Position numbers and translations under genes: made by a program
IMG/VR virus record: IMGVR_UViG_3300045020_000075
Strand: one strand, 5' to 3'
Length of the DNA: 64,000 bases
Source: an uncultured virus (IMG/VR IMGVR_UViG_3300045020_000075)
Taxonomy: Duplodnaviria; Heunggongvirae; Uroviricota; Caudoviricetes
Shown: one piece after another, positions 1 to 9,066 of the stretch
Numbering within the stretch: the stretch's first letter is position 1
Layout of the letters: every line of letters starts with the position of its first letter
The notes under the pieces: generated by a model
Database searches by the model: none
Told to the model about the DNA's origin: nothing
The model's input: only the letters and a program-made list of their open reading frames with translations

Positions 1-23
1 ACGTGACAGGAGGCGCCGATCGA
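1..23. repeat. Terminal redundancy (copy 1), identical to 63978-64000; circular closure
   Basis: ACGTGACAGGAGGCGCCGATCGA at both ends; an ORF reads in frame through the join. Confidence 0.95.
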
Positions 24-1064
24 GCGATCTGTTACGCCCTCACCACGCTCCTGCAGGAGACCGACAATGAGTTTTTGGGCATCTGCGAGAACGACTGTCT
101 GCTTCATCCTGATTGGCTCGGTCCTACGCTCGCCCTCTTTGAGCGCGGACACGCCGATGGTCTGGACGTGGGAGCGGTCTCGGCTCGCTGTTATGCCGAT
201 CGAATCCTTTGCCAGCGGGACGGCTACGCCCTCATGCACAATCTCGGCGCCGGCCACCTCATCCTCACCCGACACGCCGCCCGGCTCATCCTCGACCACT
301 ACCGATCTCCCTGGTCCACCGAGAACCGGCGGGTCTTCCAAACTCTCAGTGGGATCGACATCGCTCGGTACTGGGCCTTTCGAGGATCGCAACAGTTCCT
401 CACCGTCGACTGGGGGTTCGACGCCGTGCTTGCTCGTTACGGGCTGGCCTCCTTGGGACTGTGTCCCTCTCCAGTTGAAATGATCGGACAGGATATCGCG
501 GCTCAGGGCCTCCGGCTCGCGACCGAGCCCGTCGAGGACCGCCGCGACGACGCGGCCTTCCGCAGGTTCGCCGACCGCACCCGTCGCATCCGCGACGGCG
601 ATCTCGTGCTCAACGGCAAGCTGTTTTGCCAGACCGACGCCGCTCAACTGATCTTCCCGCACCAGATTGGCGCGCTCGGTGGCTACCAAGATGGCGGATG
701 GCGCACGAAGTGGTCGCAGGCACTGGGTCCGTTCGCGTACGTTACGATCGAGGGTGATGAGCATGGTCCTCCACACTTCGAGATTCCGGTCGCCGGTCCG
801 TGCGAGTTCTGGGTCTCGGGCGACGGCACCGAGCGCGGCCGGTTCGAGGTGACCGACACACACTCCGGCTACAGCGTCTCGCCCGAGCTTCCGCCCGACC
901 CCAACCAGATCGTCCAGCTCAGCGTGCCGGGCTTCGGCTATCGCGATATCGTCTTGACGGCGCGCACGCCCGGCGTAGTCTTCTACGCGCTGGCGGTCCA
1001 CGAGCCGCAACCGACCGATCCGCGCTGGTCGTTCGACTACTCGGTGCTTCCACCTACGGTGTAA
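3..1064 (+). CDS. GT2/GT-A glycosyltransferase, C-terminal part (~413 aa in total)
   Basis: FLGICENDCLLHPDW carries a DxD-like (END) motif; beta-rich C-terminal extension. Confidence 0.75.
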   Translation: MTGGADRAICYALTTLLQETDNEFLGICENDCLLHPDWLGPTLALFERGHADGLDVGAVSARCYADRILCQRDGYALMHNLGAGHLILTRHAARLILDHYRSPWSTENRRVFQTLSGIDIARYWAFRGSQQFLTVDWGFDAVLARYGLASLGLCPSPVEMIGQDIAAQGLRLATEPVEDRRDDAAFRRFADRTRRIRDGDLVLNGKLFCQTDAAQLIFPHQIGALGGYQDGGWRTKWSQALGPFAYVTIEGDEHGPPHFEIPVAGPCEFWVSGDGTERGRFEVTDTHSGYSVSPELPPDPNQIVQLSVPGFGYRDIVLTARTPGVVFYALAVHEPQPTDPRWSFDYSVLPPTV

Positions 1065-1066
1065 CC

Positions 1067-1819
1067 ATGCAGGGATGGGAATGGCATCGTTCGACGAAGC
1101 TCTCCAAGATGCTGGAGTCGCACATCAAGGGCGAGCTTGATACGTGGACCGACAAGGAAGTGCGACGCACGTTGTTTCGTGTTCGCTTCCGACAGGCCGC
1201 GGAACCGTGGATCAACCTCATCAAACGTGCTAGTCGTTTTCTTTGGGAGCAAACTTATGGCCGATATCGGGAATCCCGTGCGAAAAGTGACGGTGGTGCC
1301 AACCCGACACCCAGTGTCGGTGCCGGGACAACCCTCTTTTACACCAGCCCCAACGCGCCGACGCAGTTCACCGGTTTTGCCACCGCCACAACCCCGCCAC
1401 CCCTCGGCCCCATCGAAGACGCCGGAATTAGAGCCGGCGAAATAGTGGGGTATCGCTGTTGGCAGATCGATTCTGCGGGACTGCTTCGCAGCGTGTTCCG
1501 CAGCGAGTCGGTGTGGTTACCTGGCGAAGTGATGGTTGGTTCACCCGACGTTTCAACAAGTGAAGGTGTCCATGCTTTCAAGGACCGCTTGGCTGCAGGT
1601 GCATACGGTTACAACTCGCTTGAAAGTGGACTTGTGATCGGCGGAACCGTTGACATGTGGGGTATGGTGATCGAGCACGAGCGCGGCTATCGCGCCCAAT
1701 ATGCCGCCATTGCGTCGATCGACGACTCGCCCTTTTACGACGCCAAGTCGATCCGAAAACGCTACGGCCTGACCAAGCGTCGCAAGAAGAAGGTTGACAA
1801 GCCTGCCAAACCCGAGTAG
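1067..1819 (+). CDS. Conserved-looking phage protein (GYRCW...GVHAF...VDMWGMVIEHERGYRA)
   Basis: ATG 1067 right after the upstream stop; alternative start GTG 1445. Confidence 0.6.
   Translation: MQGWEWHRSTKLSKMLESHIKGELDTWTDKEVRRTLFRVRFRQAAEPWINLIKRASRFLWEQTYGRYRESRAKSDGGANPTPSVGAGTTLFYTSPNAPTQFTGFATATTPPPLGPIEDAGIRAGEIVGYRCWQIDSAGLLRSVFRSESVWLPGEVMVGSPDVSTSEGVHAFKDRLAAGAYGYNSLESGLVIGGTVDMWGMVIEHERGYRAQYAAIASIDDSPFYDAKSIRKRYGLTKRRKKKVDKPAKPE
1257..1445 (+). CDS. Nested Pro-rich 62-aa peptide MADIGNPVRKVTVVP... in an alternate frame
   Basis: GGGAG SD 7 nt upstream of ATG; stop TAG overlaps GTG 1445. Confidence 0.45.
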   Translation: MADIGNPVRKVTVVPTRHPVSVPGQPSFTPAPTRRRSSPVLPPPQPRHPSAPSKTPELEPAK

Positions 1820-1822
1820 TCT
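1794..1822 (+). promoter_or_regulatory. Sigma70-type promoter for the recombinase
   Basis: TTGACA-17-TAGTCT. Confidence 0.6.
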
Positions 1823-1847
1823 AGAAAACTACACTGGGGGCCGATTT

Positions 1848-2591
1848 ATGTACCTCTCGTATTGCCGCGTCTCGACCGCCGAGCAGGCCGCCGAAGGCAC
1901 CACCAGCCTCGACGAGCAGGAGCGCAAGTGCCGCGCGGTCGCCAACCTGCGCGGCGCCGGTTCCTACGACTTCACGTGCTTCCGCGACGTGGGCGTCTCG
2001 GGCGCGACCCCGCTGTCGAACCGTCCCGGTGGTTCAGAGCTGATCAACACCGCTAACCGAGGAGACACTGTTTTAGCAGTCAAGATGGACCGCATGTTCC
2101 GCTCCGCGTCCGACGCGCTCAAGACCGCCGAGCACTTCAAGGCGGCCGGCGTCGACCTCATCCTCGTGGACCTTGGCGTCGAGCCCGTCACCCAGAACGG
2201 CGCCGCCAAGATGTTCTTCGGCATGCTGGCGCTGTTCGCCGAGTTCGAGCGCGAGCGGATTGCCGAGCGAATGGAGGACGGCCGTCGCGGCAAGCGCGCC
2301 CGGCACGCCGATCTCGGCCCCGGCACCGGCACGTGGGTCGGCGGCGCGCCCCCGCTCGGCTACGTCAAGGTCGGCGAGGGCAAGCTCTCCACCCTCGCGC
2401 CCAACCCCGACGAGCAGTTCGTGATCGCACGCGTGCTCGACCTCTCGCGCCGCCATTCGCCCGCCTCGGTGATCCGGCTGCTGGCGCACGAGGACGTGAC
2501 GCTGCGCGGTCATCCGGTGGGGCACATGCAGATTGCCAGGATTCTCGCGCGTCACAAAAAACCGGAGCAGAAACTTGCAGCCCGAGCCTGA
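1848..2591 (+). CDS. Serine recombinase (resolvase/invertase family)
   Basis: YCRVST catalytic Ser, DVGVSG, RPG, KMDRMFRS, FAEFERERIAERMEDG, GGAPPLGY. Confidence 0.92.
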   Translation: MYLSYCRVSTAEQAAEGTTSLDEQERKCRAVANLRGAGSYDFTCFRDVGVSGATPLSNRPGGSELINTANRGDTVLAVKMDRMFRSASDALKTAEHFKAAGVDLILVDLGVEPVTQNGAAKMFFGMLALFAEFERERIAERMEDGRRGKRARHADLGPGTGTWVGGAPPLGYVKVGEGKLSTLAPNPDEQFVIARVLDLSRRHSPASVIRLLAHEDVTLRGHPVGHMQIARILARHKKPEQKLAARA

Positions 2592-2763
2592 GATCAATCC
2601 CAACAGCGTCGGCTGTCCGTACTGCACGGCCGGCCACGCGCCATCGTGGCGACTTGATACGATGGAGTGGGTACACGTGATCCAGCGACCTGTCGATGCC
2701 AAAACCACGCGCGTCACGACGGTCGCATGCACGGCTGCTGATCCGAGGTCTGCGAATGGGTGA
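2575..2763 (+). CDS. Small Zn-finger-like protein
   Basis: GGAG then TTG; CPYC...H...C; overlaps both neighbours. Confidence 0.5.
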   Translation: MQPEPEINPNSVGCPYCTAGHAPSWRLDTMEWVHVIQRPVDAKTTRVTTVACTAADPRSANG

Positions 2764-4138
2764 CCGCGCCACCGCCAAGCAGTTCTACGACCAGGCCGTC
2801 CAGGCGGCGTCTGACAAGTCGAATGCCACCAACCTGACGACCGCGTACCAACTATTTGTCTCGTCCGGCTACGCGGACCCGACCTTCTGGCTCGCCCAGT
2901 ACCAGATCGCCAACAATAACTTCGATCTCAAGGCCGTCTACTCGGCGGTTGCGTCGTGGCGCCGCGCGCTCGAATATGCGGACACCGACGAGGCACGCGG
3001 CGTCGTGTGCACGAACCTCGCCCAAGGTTTGCACGCGATCGGCAGGGCCACCGAGGCGCTGGGTTACGCTCAGGAGGCCACCCGGCTGGTGCCCAAGAAC
3101 CCGACCGCGTGGGTCAACCTATCGATTTGCTACGGCACGCTGCGGGATACGAAGAAATCCCTTCACGCGGCCGAGACCGCAAACCAGCTCGCGCCTGACG
3201 ACCACGGCGTTCAACGCGCCTATTCGTTCGCGCTCCTGTTCGACGGCCAGCTTCAACGGGGTTTCGAGCAGTTCGAGACCCGCTACGGTTTCGCGCTGCA
3301 CGCCTTCACGCAGTACCCCTATCCGCGCTGGAAGGGCGAGCGGGACGCCACGCTCTATCTCGTGGCCGACCAGGGATTGGGCGACACGCTGGCGTTCGCG
3401 CGCTTCATCCCGGAAGTTGCGCGACGCTGCCGGTTCGTCCACGTTGCGTGTCACGGCGAGCTGACGCGCGCGTTCCAGTACGCCTTCACGCATCTCGACA
3501 ACATCGACGTGATCCCGATGGACCAGCACTTCCGGGCCGGCGACTACTGGTCGACGTTCGTGAGCCTGCCGTGGGCGCTGGGTCTCACGGACGACGAGAT
3601 CAGGAACACGCCGCAGATCGACCTGCCGGTCATCGGCATCAACAAGTCGTGGATCGTGCCGGACCGGAAACTTCACGTCGGCATCGCGTGGGCGGGCTCG
3701 GCGCTCAACCCCATCAATGACGTACGCAGCATTCCGATCGAGCACTTCTTCGATCTCTGTCGCGTGCCCGGCATCCAGCTCTATGGCCTGCAGATCGGTG
3801 AGCGGTCGAAGGACCTCTACGACAAGTTCGGGTCGGGCTCGATTCGCGACCTGTCATTCTACGTCCGCGACGTGGTCGATACGGTCGGCTTCCTGCAGCA
3901 CCTCGATCTTGTGATATGCTGCGAGTCGGCGCTCACCCACATCTGCGCGGCGGCCGGGAAGGAGTGCTGGGTCCCGTACAGCTATTTGGGTCGCGACTAC
4001 CGGGTTGGCCAAAGTGGCGAGCACCGGCTGTGGCAGCCGAAGGCGCGCATCTTCTGTCAGGGCGAGGGCGAGACCTGGGAGCCGGTGTTTGGTCGCGTCA
4101 TCGAGGCACTGCGGGAGAGACTCGATGGACCTGGTTGA
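2756..4138 (+). CDS. TPR-repeat protein fused to a GT-B (GT9-like) glycosyltransferase domain
   Basis: N-terminal TPR helices; ADQGLGDTLAFARF, VGIAWAGS, RSIP, LDLVICCESALTHICAAAGKECWV. Confidence 0.85.
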   Translation: MGDRATAKQFYDQAVQAASDKSNATNLTTAYQLFVSSGYADPTFWLAQYQIANNNFDLKAVYSAVASWRRALEYADTDEARGVVCTNLAQGLHAIGRATEALGYAQEATRLVPKNPTAWVNLSICYGTLRDTKKSLHAAETANQLAPDDHGVQRAYSFALLFDGQLQRGFEQFETRYGFALHAFTQYPYPRWKGERDATLYLVADQGLGDTLAFARFIPEVARRCRFVHVACHGELTRAFQYAFTHLDNIDVIPMDQHFRAGDYWSTFVSLPWALGLTDDEIRNTPQIDLPVIGINKSWIVPDRKLHVGIAWAGSALNPINDVRSIPIEHFFDLCRVPGIQLYGLQIGERSKDLYDKFGSGSIRDLSFYVRDVVDTVGFLQHLDLVICCESALTHICAAAGKECWVPYSYLGRDYRVGQSGEHRLWQPKARIFCQGEGETWEPVFGRVIEALRERLDGPG

Positions 4139-4313
4139 GAAGCTCGACAAGCTCGCGAAGGACTTATCCGTTTGGCCGGACGGTGCGTACGATCAGTTCA
4201 CGGCTGACGTACGCGACCTTCTCGAACAAGCCGCCAATCAAATCAGGAGTGACCGAGCATGGATCAGCCATCTGCAACAGCACTCTCGGACGACGAGTTC
4301 GCGGTCCTTCTGA
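4125..4313 (+). CDS. Hypothetical protein
   Basis: GGGAG SD; helical 62-aa ORF. Confidence 0.5.
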   Translation: MDLVEKLDKLAKDLSVWPDGAYDQFTADVRDLLEQAANQIRSDRAWISHLQQHSRTTSSRSF

Positions 4314-4666
4314 TCGCAGCCGAGGGTGAGTCGATGATACCGATCGGCCGCTGGCAGGCGCCGGTCGAGAACCTCGTGGCGCGCGGCTTCTTGCGCCAGC
4401 TCGATCGCTTCAACAACGTGATCACGACCGAGGGCAGGAAGGCGATCGACGCGCGCAATAAGGACGACGAGGGTGCGATCCGGCAAGCATCGCGCGCCGT
4501 GATGGTCGCGCAGGCCGCCGCCCGCACGCACGTCGAGGAAGCCGCGCAGTCGCTCGCGAGCGCCGCCCGTGCGAGCACGCAGGCGACCGGCGACCGGGCC
4601 GACACTGCGGTGCTCAACTGGAACGCCGAGGTGTTGCGGCGCGCGTTGGAGCTGGTTTGTGAGTGA
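4259..4666 (+). CDS. Hypothetical protein with winged-helix-like N-terminus
   Basis: VENLVARGFLRQ...ITTEGRKA. Confidence 0.6.
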   Translation: MDQPSATALSDDEFAVLLIAAEGESMIPIGRWQAPVENLVARGFLRQLDRFNNVITTEGRKAIDARNKDDEGAIRQASRAVMVAQAAARTHVEEAAQSLASAARASTQATGDRADTAVLNWNAEVLRRALELVCE

Positions 4667-5483
4667 CACCGAGACCTACGAGGTCACGCTACAGCAGGGC
4701 GACCGCCGGGTGTCGTTCCGCATGCACCACGATCCCGCCTCGATCTGCGACACCAACACGCGCAAGCTTGCCGGTATCGGCTGCGAGCCCGAGGTTGCGC
4801 AATTCATGATGCGGGTGCTGCGCGAAGGCGACACCGTGATCGATGCCGGCGCCAACGTCGGCTTCTTCACGGTGTTGATGGCGCGACTGGTAGGACCGAC
4901 CGGGCGCGTGATCGCGTTCGAGCCCAACACCGACACGTTCTGGCGTCTGTGCGGCAACGTGTTGCTCAACGGTTTCGTGGATAACAACGTCACGGCTCGC
5001 AACACGGCGCTGTGGGACAGCGTTCGTGACCTGCCGCTCTACACCAACCCGATCGACCCCGGCCTCACGACGTTGCGGGCATTCCGGGAAGTGAACGGCA
5101 GCCAGTACGTCAGGACCGCGGTGTTCGACCACGGTGTTGCCGGCAAGCCACGACTGATTAAGATCGACATCGAGGGCGCCGAGTGCCACGCCCTGGCGGG
5201 CGCCGAGCGGCTGCTGACCGTCGACCGCGTGCCGTTCATCCTGTCCGAACTCAACGAGCCGGCGCTGCGGCGGTTCGGCAAGTCGGCCCACGATTTGCGT
5301 GACTTCATGCTGCAACACGGTTACGATACGTTCGTGCCGCAGCCGGACGGCTCGATGCCGTTCCTGGTGCCGCCTCGCACCCGCTTGGTCGGCGGACCCG
5401 AGAACACCAACGTGCTGTTTGCCTCGATCGATGATGTCGCCCGCATCTACCCGGAGGTGAAAGTTGAGCAACGTCGATCCTGA
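4659..5483 (+). CDS. FkbM-family SAM-dependent methyltransferase
   Basis: VIDAGANVGFFT, VIAFEPN, LIKIDIEGAE. Confidence 0.92.
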   Translation: MSDTETYEVTLQQGDRRVSFRMHHDPASICDTNTRKLAGIGCEPEVAQFMMRVLREGDTVIDAGANVGFFTVLMARLVGPTGRVIAFEPNTDTFWRLCGNVLLNGFVDNNVTARNTALWDSVRDLPLYTNPIDPGLTTLRAFREVNGSQYVRTAVFDHGVAGKPRLIKIDIEGAECHALAGAERLLTVDRVPFILSELNEPALRRFGKSAHDLRDFMLQHGYDTFVPQPDGSMPFLVPPRTRLVGGPENTNVLFASIDDVARIYPEVKVEQRRS

Positions 5484-5814
5484 CGCCCAGTTCTTCGCCG
5501 ATCACCCGGACCGCAAGGCGCACATCCGTGTGCCGCGGCGCGAGATTTACATCGACCGGCAGCGCGCTACGCGCTTCATGGACGAGTGCGAGATGGAGTT
5601 CCGCTCGCTTGGGGATCACGACCGCGACCGGCGGCGGATTTTGCTTTGTCGGACCGACGCGAAGGGACTGCCGATGTCCTACCAAGGTAAGCAGGCGATA
5701 TTCAAACTTCCGATGTTGCTTTTTTCTGACGAGACGATCGAAGATCGAGACGACGTACTGCTTCCGATCATCTTCGAACTCGCCGCGAATCAAGTGGAGC
5801 ACGGGAGCGCCTGA
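5464..5814 (+). CDS. Hypothetical protein
   Basis: GGAGG SD with TTG start; coupled to the next gene. Confidence 0.6.
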   Translation: MSNVDPDAQFFADHPDRKAHIRVPRREIYIDRQRATRFMDECEMEFRSLGDHDRDRRRILLCRTDAKGLPMSYQGKQAIFKLPMLLFSDETIEDRDDVLLPIIFELAANQVEHGSA

Positions 5815-6029
5815 TGAGCTGGTCCAAGACGGTCTACTCCACGATGGTGCAGGAGATCAGTTGGGATAGCGATAACAGCGAACTCGTGATCACCTACAAT
5901 AACGGCTCGCGGTACGCGTACCAGGGGGTTGATGAAGGCACCGCGCTCGAAGGCTCGAAGGCGCCATCGGTGGGCCAGTGGGTGAACACCGAGATCAAGG
6001 GGAAGTACGACTACAGGAAGGTCGGATGA
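5814..6029 (+). CDS. KTSC domain protein
   Basis: ISWD..ELVITYNNGSRYAYQGV...APSVGQWVNTEIKGKY. Confidence 0.88.
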   Translation: MSWSKTVYSTMVQEISWDSDNSELVITYNNGSRYAYQGVDEGTALEGSKAPSVGQWVNTEIKGKYDYRKVG

Positions 6030-6307
6030 ACGACGGCCAGCCGCTGATCGAGAAGTACGAGACCAACGTCGCGGCGGCGCTTCGCGAGATGGCGGATCAC
6101 GTCGAGCGCAACCGGGACGCCAACAGCTTCGGCGGGCTCGCCGTCATCATCCCGCCCCCAAATGGCGGCGATCCGATCAAAATGCTGATCCTCGACCAGA
6201 AGGGCGACGTGACGCAGTTCTACGCCACCGTGTCGTCCCGCATCCAGATGGCCGTGACCGAGCTGGACGAGATGAAGCGCCAACAACAAGGATTTGGAAG
6301 GCGTTGA
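6026..6307 (+). CDS. Hypothetical protein
   Basis: ATGA overlap with the KTSC stop. Confidence 0.65.
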   Translation: MNDGQPLIEKYETNVAAALREMADHVERNRDANSFGGLAVIIPPPNGGDPIKMLILDQKGDVTQFYATVSSRIQMAVTELDEMKRQQQGFGRR

Positions 6308-6336
6308 CAAACTTTGTTTTTGTGATATATAGGAGG
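6304..6336 (+). promoter_or_regulatory. Promoter and SD of the HNH gene
   Basis: TTGACA followed by TGTGATATAT and AGGAGG; AT-rich. Confidence 0.55.
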
Positions 6337-6338
6337 GT

Positions 6339-7184
6339 ATGACCCGCCTAGTCGATATCACAGGCCAAGTTTTTGGCCGGCTCACTGTTCTTCGGATCGC
6401 TCCCAAAAGAGACCGTCGCACGCGTTGGTTATGTCGATGTACTTGCGGTAACGAGACTGAGGTTGTACGGGAGAACCTGATTACGGGTCACACTGCAAGC
6501 TGCGGATGCCAGTGGCGAGTACCTAAGTTTCCAAAGATCGATTTGGCTGGCAAGAAATTCGGTCGACTAAAAGTGATCGAGTTCGCCGGTCGTAAAAACG
6601 GCCGCGGCGATTCTTACTGGAAGTGCGTATGTTCTTGCGGCAACACGTCGATAGCAGCCGGCTATAATTTGAGGACTGGAGCGTCGCGGTCTTGCGGGTG
6701 TCAAATTCGTGTTGGGCTTTTGAAATCCAATATCACGCACGGTCGTACCGGGACGATCGAGTATCGACTGTGGGCTGGTATGCTGACCAGATGCTACAAC
6801 AAAAAGGAGAAAACGTACAAATTCTATGGCGCCCGCGGCATAACGGTAGATGCTCGCTGGCGAGGGGAAGGAGGATTCGAGAACTTCTTTGCCGACATGG
6901 GGAAGCGTCCCTCGAAGAAGCACACGATCGAGCGCGAGGATAACGATGGGCCGTATTCTGCTGACAATTGTCGCTGGGCGACGCGGATAGAGCAGGGTCG
7001 GAACACGCGTAGCACTCGGCGGACCATAGTCGATGGAATGTCCATGTCCCTGATGGAAGCCTGTCGAATCAAGGGCTTGAATTACGGAACGATTCGTAGC
7101 AGGATAGACAAGCAGGGGCTGACATTCGAGCAGGCGGTAGCCATTGGCCGGCGGTTGGACAAAACAAAAACGAAAGGCCGTTGA
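6339..7184 (+). CDS. Free-standing HNH homing endonuclease with two N-terminal 'FGRLTV..W.C.C.CGN..SCGC' repeats
   Basis: YGARGITV, FFADMGKRP, TIEREDNDGPYSADNCRWAT..EQ.RN; lower GC than flanks. Confidence 0.9.
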   Translation: MTRLVDITGQVFGRLTVLRIAPKRDRRTRWLCRCTCGNETEVVRENLITGHTASCGCQWRVPKFPKIDLAGKKFGRLKVIEFAGRKNGRGDSYWKCVCSCGNTSIAAGYNLRTGASRSCGCQIRVGLLKSNITHGRTGTIEYRLWAGMLTRCYNKKEKTYKFYGARGITVDARWRGEGGFENFFADMGKRPSKKHTIEREDNDGPYSADNCRWATRIEQGRNTRSTRRTIVDGMSMSLMEACRIKGLNYGTIRSRIDKQGLTFEQAVAIGRRLDKTKTKGR

Positions 7185-9066
7185 GAGCGCGTTTTACACG
7201 TTCCTCGGAAAATCGTTCGTTAATTCGAAAGATTTGGGGCGCGTCTGTTTGGGCGAGGTGCTGTACGATGGGCAGCACCGGTTCATCAAGACGGTTTTTG
7301 ACGCGCTCGAAGACGACATTCACAAAATTTATGTGATCAAGAGTCGGCAATTGGGCATCTCAACGATCGCCCGCGCGCTCGGGATTTTCATGTTGGGAAT
7401 TCACTCCGGGCTCAAGGGCGCGGTGGTATTTGACACAGATCAAAACAAGCAGGAGGCGCGGGCTGAGCTTGAGGTGATGATTAACGAACTACCTCGGACG
7501 TTGAAATTTCCCAATATCAAGGGCAACAATCGAGCTGGTCTCACACTAGCGAACGATTCGAAAGTCTTGTTCATGTCGGCAGGCGTTAGGCAGTCGAAAA
7601 CGAGCGGCACGCTAGGTCGTTCGGTTGGATTGTCCCTCGCAATGTGCAGCGAGCTTTGTAGCTGGGAGAATGACTCGGGCCTAGAAGCGTTCGAACAATC
7701 ACTGTCGGAAGTAAATCCTGATCGTTTGTATATTTACGAGTCAACGGCTCGCGGGTACAATAAGTGGTGGGAACTTGTTCAAGAGGCAAAGAAAGATGAA
7801 CTGCATTGTAAAGTGTTGTTCCTTGGGTGGTGGTCGAAGCCCGCGCAATCCATTACCCGCGACATGCCGGATTTTGCTCGCTATGGTGAGCAGCCGCCTA
7901 GTGACAAAGAGCTTCTAAAAATTAAAGAAGTAAAAGAATTATACGGTCACGAAATAACTCAAGAGCAGCTTGCGTGGGTTCGTCGAAAATACGATCCCGG
8001 TGCACAGAGCGAAGGCGACGCTCCCGCTGAATACGAAGCAAATCCGCTGCGACTCCAAGAACATCCTTGGACGGAGAGCGACGCGTGGCAGCAGACCGGC
8101 TCGGTCTTCTTCGCGCCGCAGAAGCTCACCGATCAGACAAACCAGTGGATCAGCAGTAAGTACCAGACCTACATGTATTCGGTTTCGGACGAGTTCCAGT
8201 ACACACAGGTGCTCAAGGCGCCGAATGCCAAGATGGTCGAGCTGAAGGTGTGGGAGCCCCCTGCCACGACCGGCGCCGTATACGTGATGGGTGTTGATCC
8301 CGCATTTGGAGAAAATCCGAACAACGATCGCTCGTCGATCCAAGTACTCCGGTGTTATGCGGACGGTGTCGACCAAGTTGCCGAATACGCGTGGCCAATG
8401 ATCACGACACAGCAGCTCGGCTGGGTGGTTGCGTCTCTGCTGGGTTGGTACGGCTCGAACGACAACCAGATCAGGTACATCCTAGAACTCAACGGCCCTG
8501 GCACGCCGGTATATAATGCCTTGAAGGGTTTGAAATTTCAGATCGAACATTCGAACAAGCCGCAGGAAATTAAAGATCGCGGTCTTCAGGACGTGTTTAA
8601 AAATGTGAAGACCTATATTTACAATCGACCCGACGCGATGGGGCCGGGGTTCAACTACCACTTTTTGACTAACGTTCGGCAGAAGACGGACATCATGAAC
8701 CGCCTACGCGACTTTTTGCAGAACGGCATGCTGCGCGTGCGCTCGATGTCGTTCATCGAGGAGGCTCGCACGGTCGCGCAGGATGGCGACTCGATCGAGG
8801 CGCCCGGCTCGATGAAAGACGATCGCGTCGTCGCGATGGCGCTTGCGGTGCACTGCTGGGAGACGCGCGCCCGAAAAGACATGCTGATGCAGCATCGCAC
8901 CCGCGACGCCGAGGCCGCCAAGCAGCGAATGAGCATCCAGGACCAGGTGTATCTTTTTCAGCAGAATCAACTCAGTCAGTTCTTCGCCCAGAAGCAGCAG
9001 GCGCGTCGGACCGACTGGCGCAATCAGCAGCGCGCGTCGTGGAGGTACAACAGTGGCCGTCGTTAA
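7144..9066 (+). CDS. terL: Terminase large subunit
   Basis: KSRQLGIST (Walker A variant), CSE, YESTARG coupling motif, GVDPA, KDDRVVAMALA nuclease motifs; TTG start. Confidence 0.9.
   Translation: MAGGWTKQKRKAVESAFYTFLGKSFVNSKDLGRVCLGEVLYDGQHRFIKTVFDALEDDIHKIYVIKSRQLGISTIARALGIFMLGIHSGLKGAVVFDTDQNKQEARAELEVMINELPRTLKFPNIKGNNRAGLTLANDSKVLFMSAGVRQSKTSGTLGRSVGLSLAMCSELCSWENDSGLEAFEQSLSEVNPDRLYIYESTARGYNKWWELVQEAKKDELHCKVLFLGWWSKPAQSITRDMPDFARYGEQPPSDKELLKIKEVKELYGHEITQEQLAWVRRKYDPGAQSEGDAPAEYEANPLRLQEHPWTESDAWQQTGSVFFAPQKLTDQTNQWISSKYQTYMYSVSDEFQYTQVLKAPNAKMVELKVWEPPATTGAVYVMGVDPAFGENPNNDRSSIQVLRCYADGVDQVAEYAWPMITTQQLGWVVASLLGWYGSNDNQIRYILELNGPGTPVYNALKGLKFQIEHSNKPQEIKDRGLQDVFKNVKTYIYNRPDAMGPGFNYHFLTNVRQKTDIMNRLRDFLQNGMLRVRSMSFIEEARTVAQDGDSIEAPGSMKDDRVVAMALAVHCWETRARKDMLMQHRTRDAEAAKQRMSIQDQVYLFQQNQLSQFFAQKQQARRTDWRNQQRASWRYNSGRR

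Noticed and set aside
1..23. Biological direct terminal repeat or att site
   Set aside because: Falls mid-gene; most simply an assembly circularisation overlap
1848..2591. IS607 transposon
   Set aside because: No N-terminal MerR-like HTH and no adjacent TnpB
6339..7184. Group I intron or intein in the terminase
   Set aside because: The HNH has its own promoter and SD upstream of an uninterrupted terminase ORF; no splicing motifs seen
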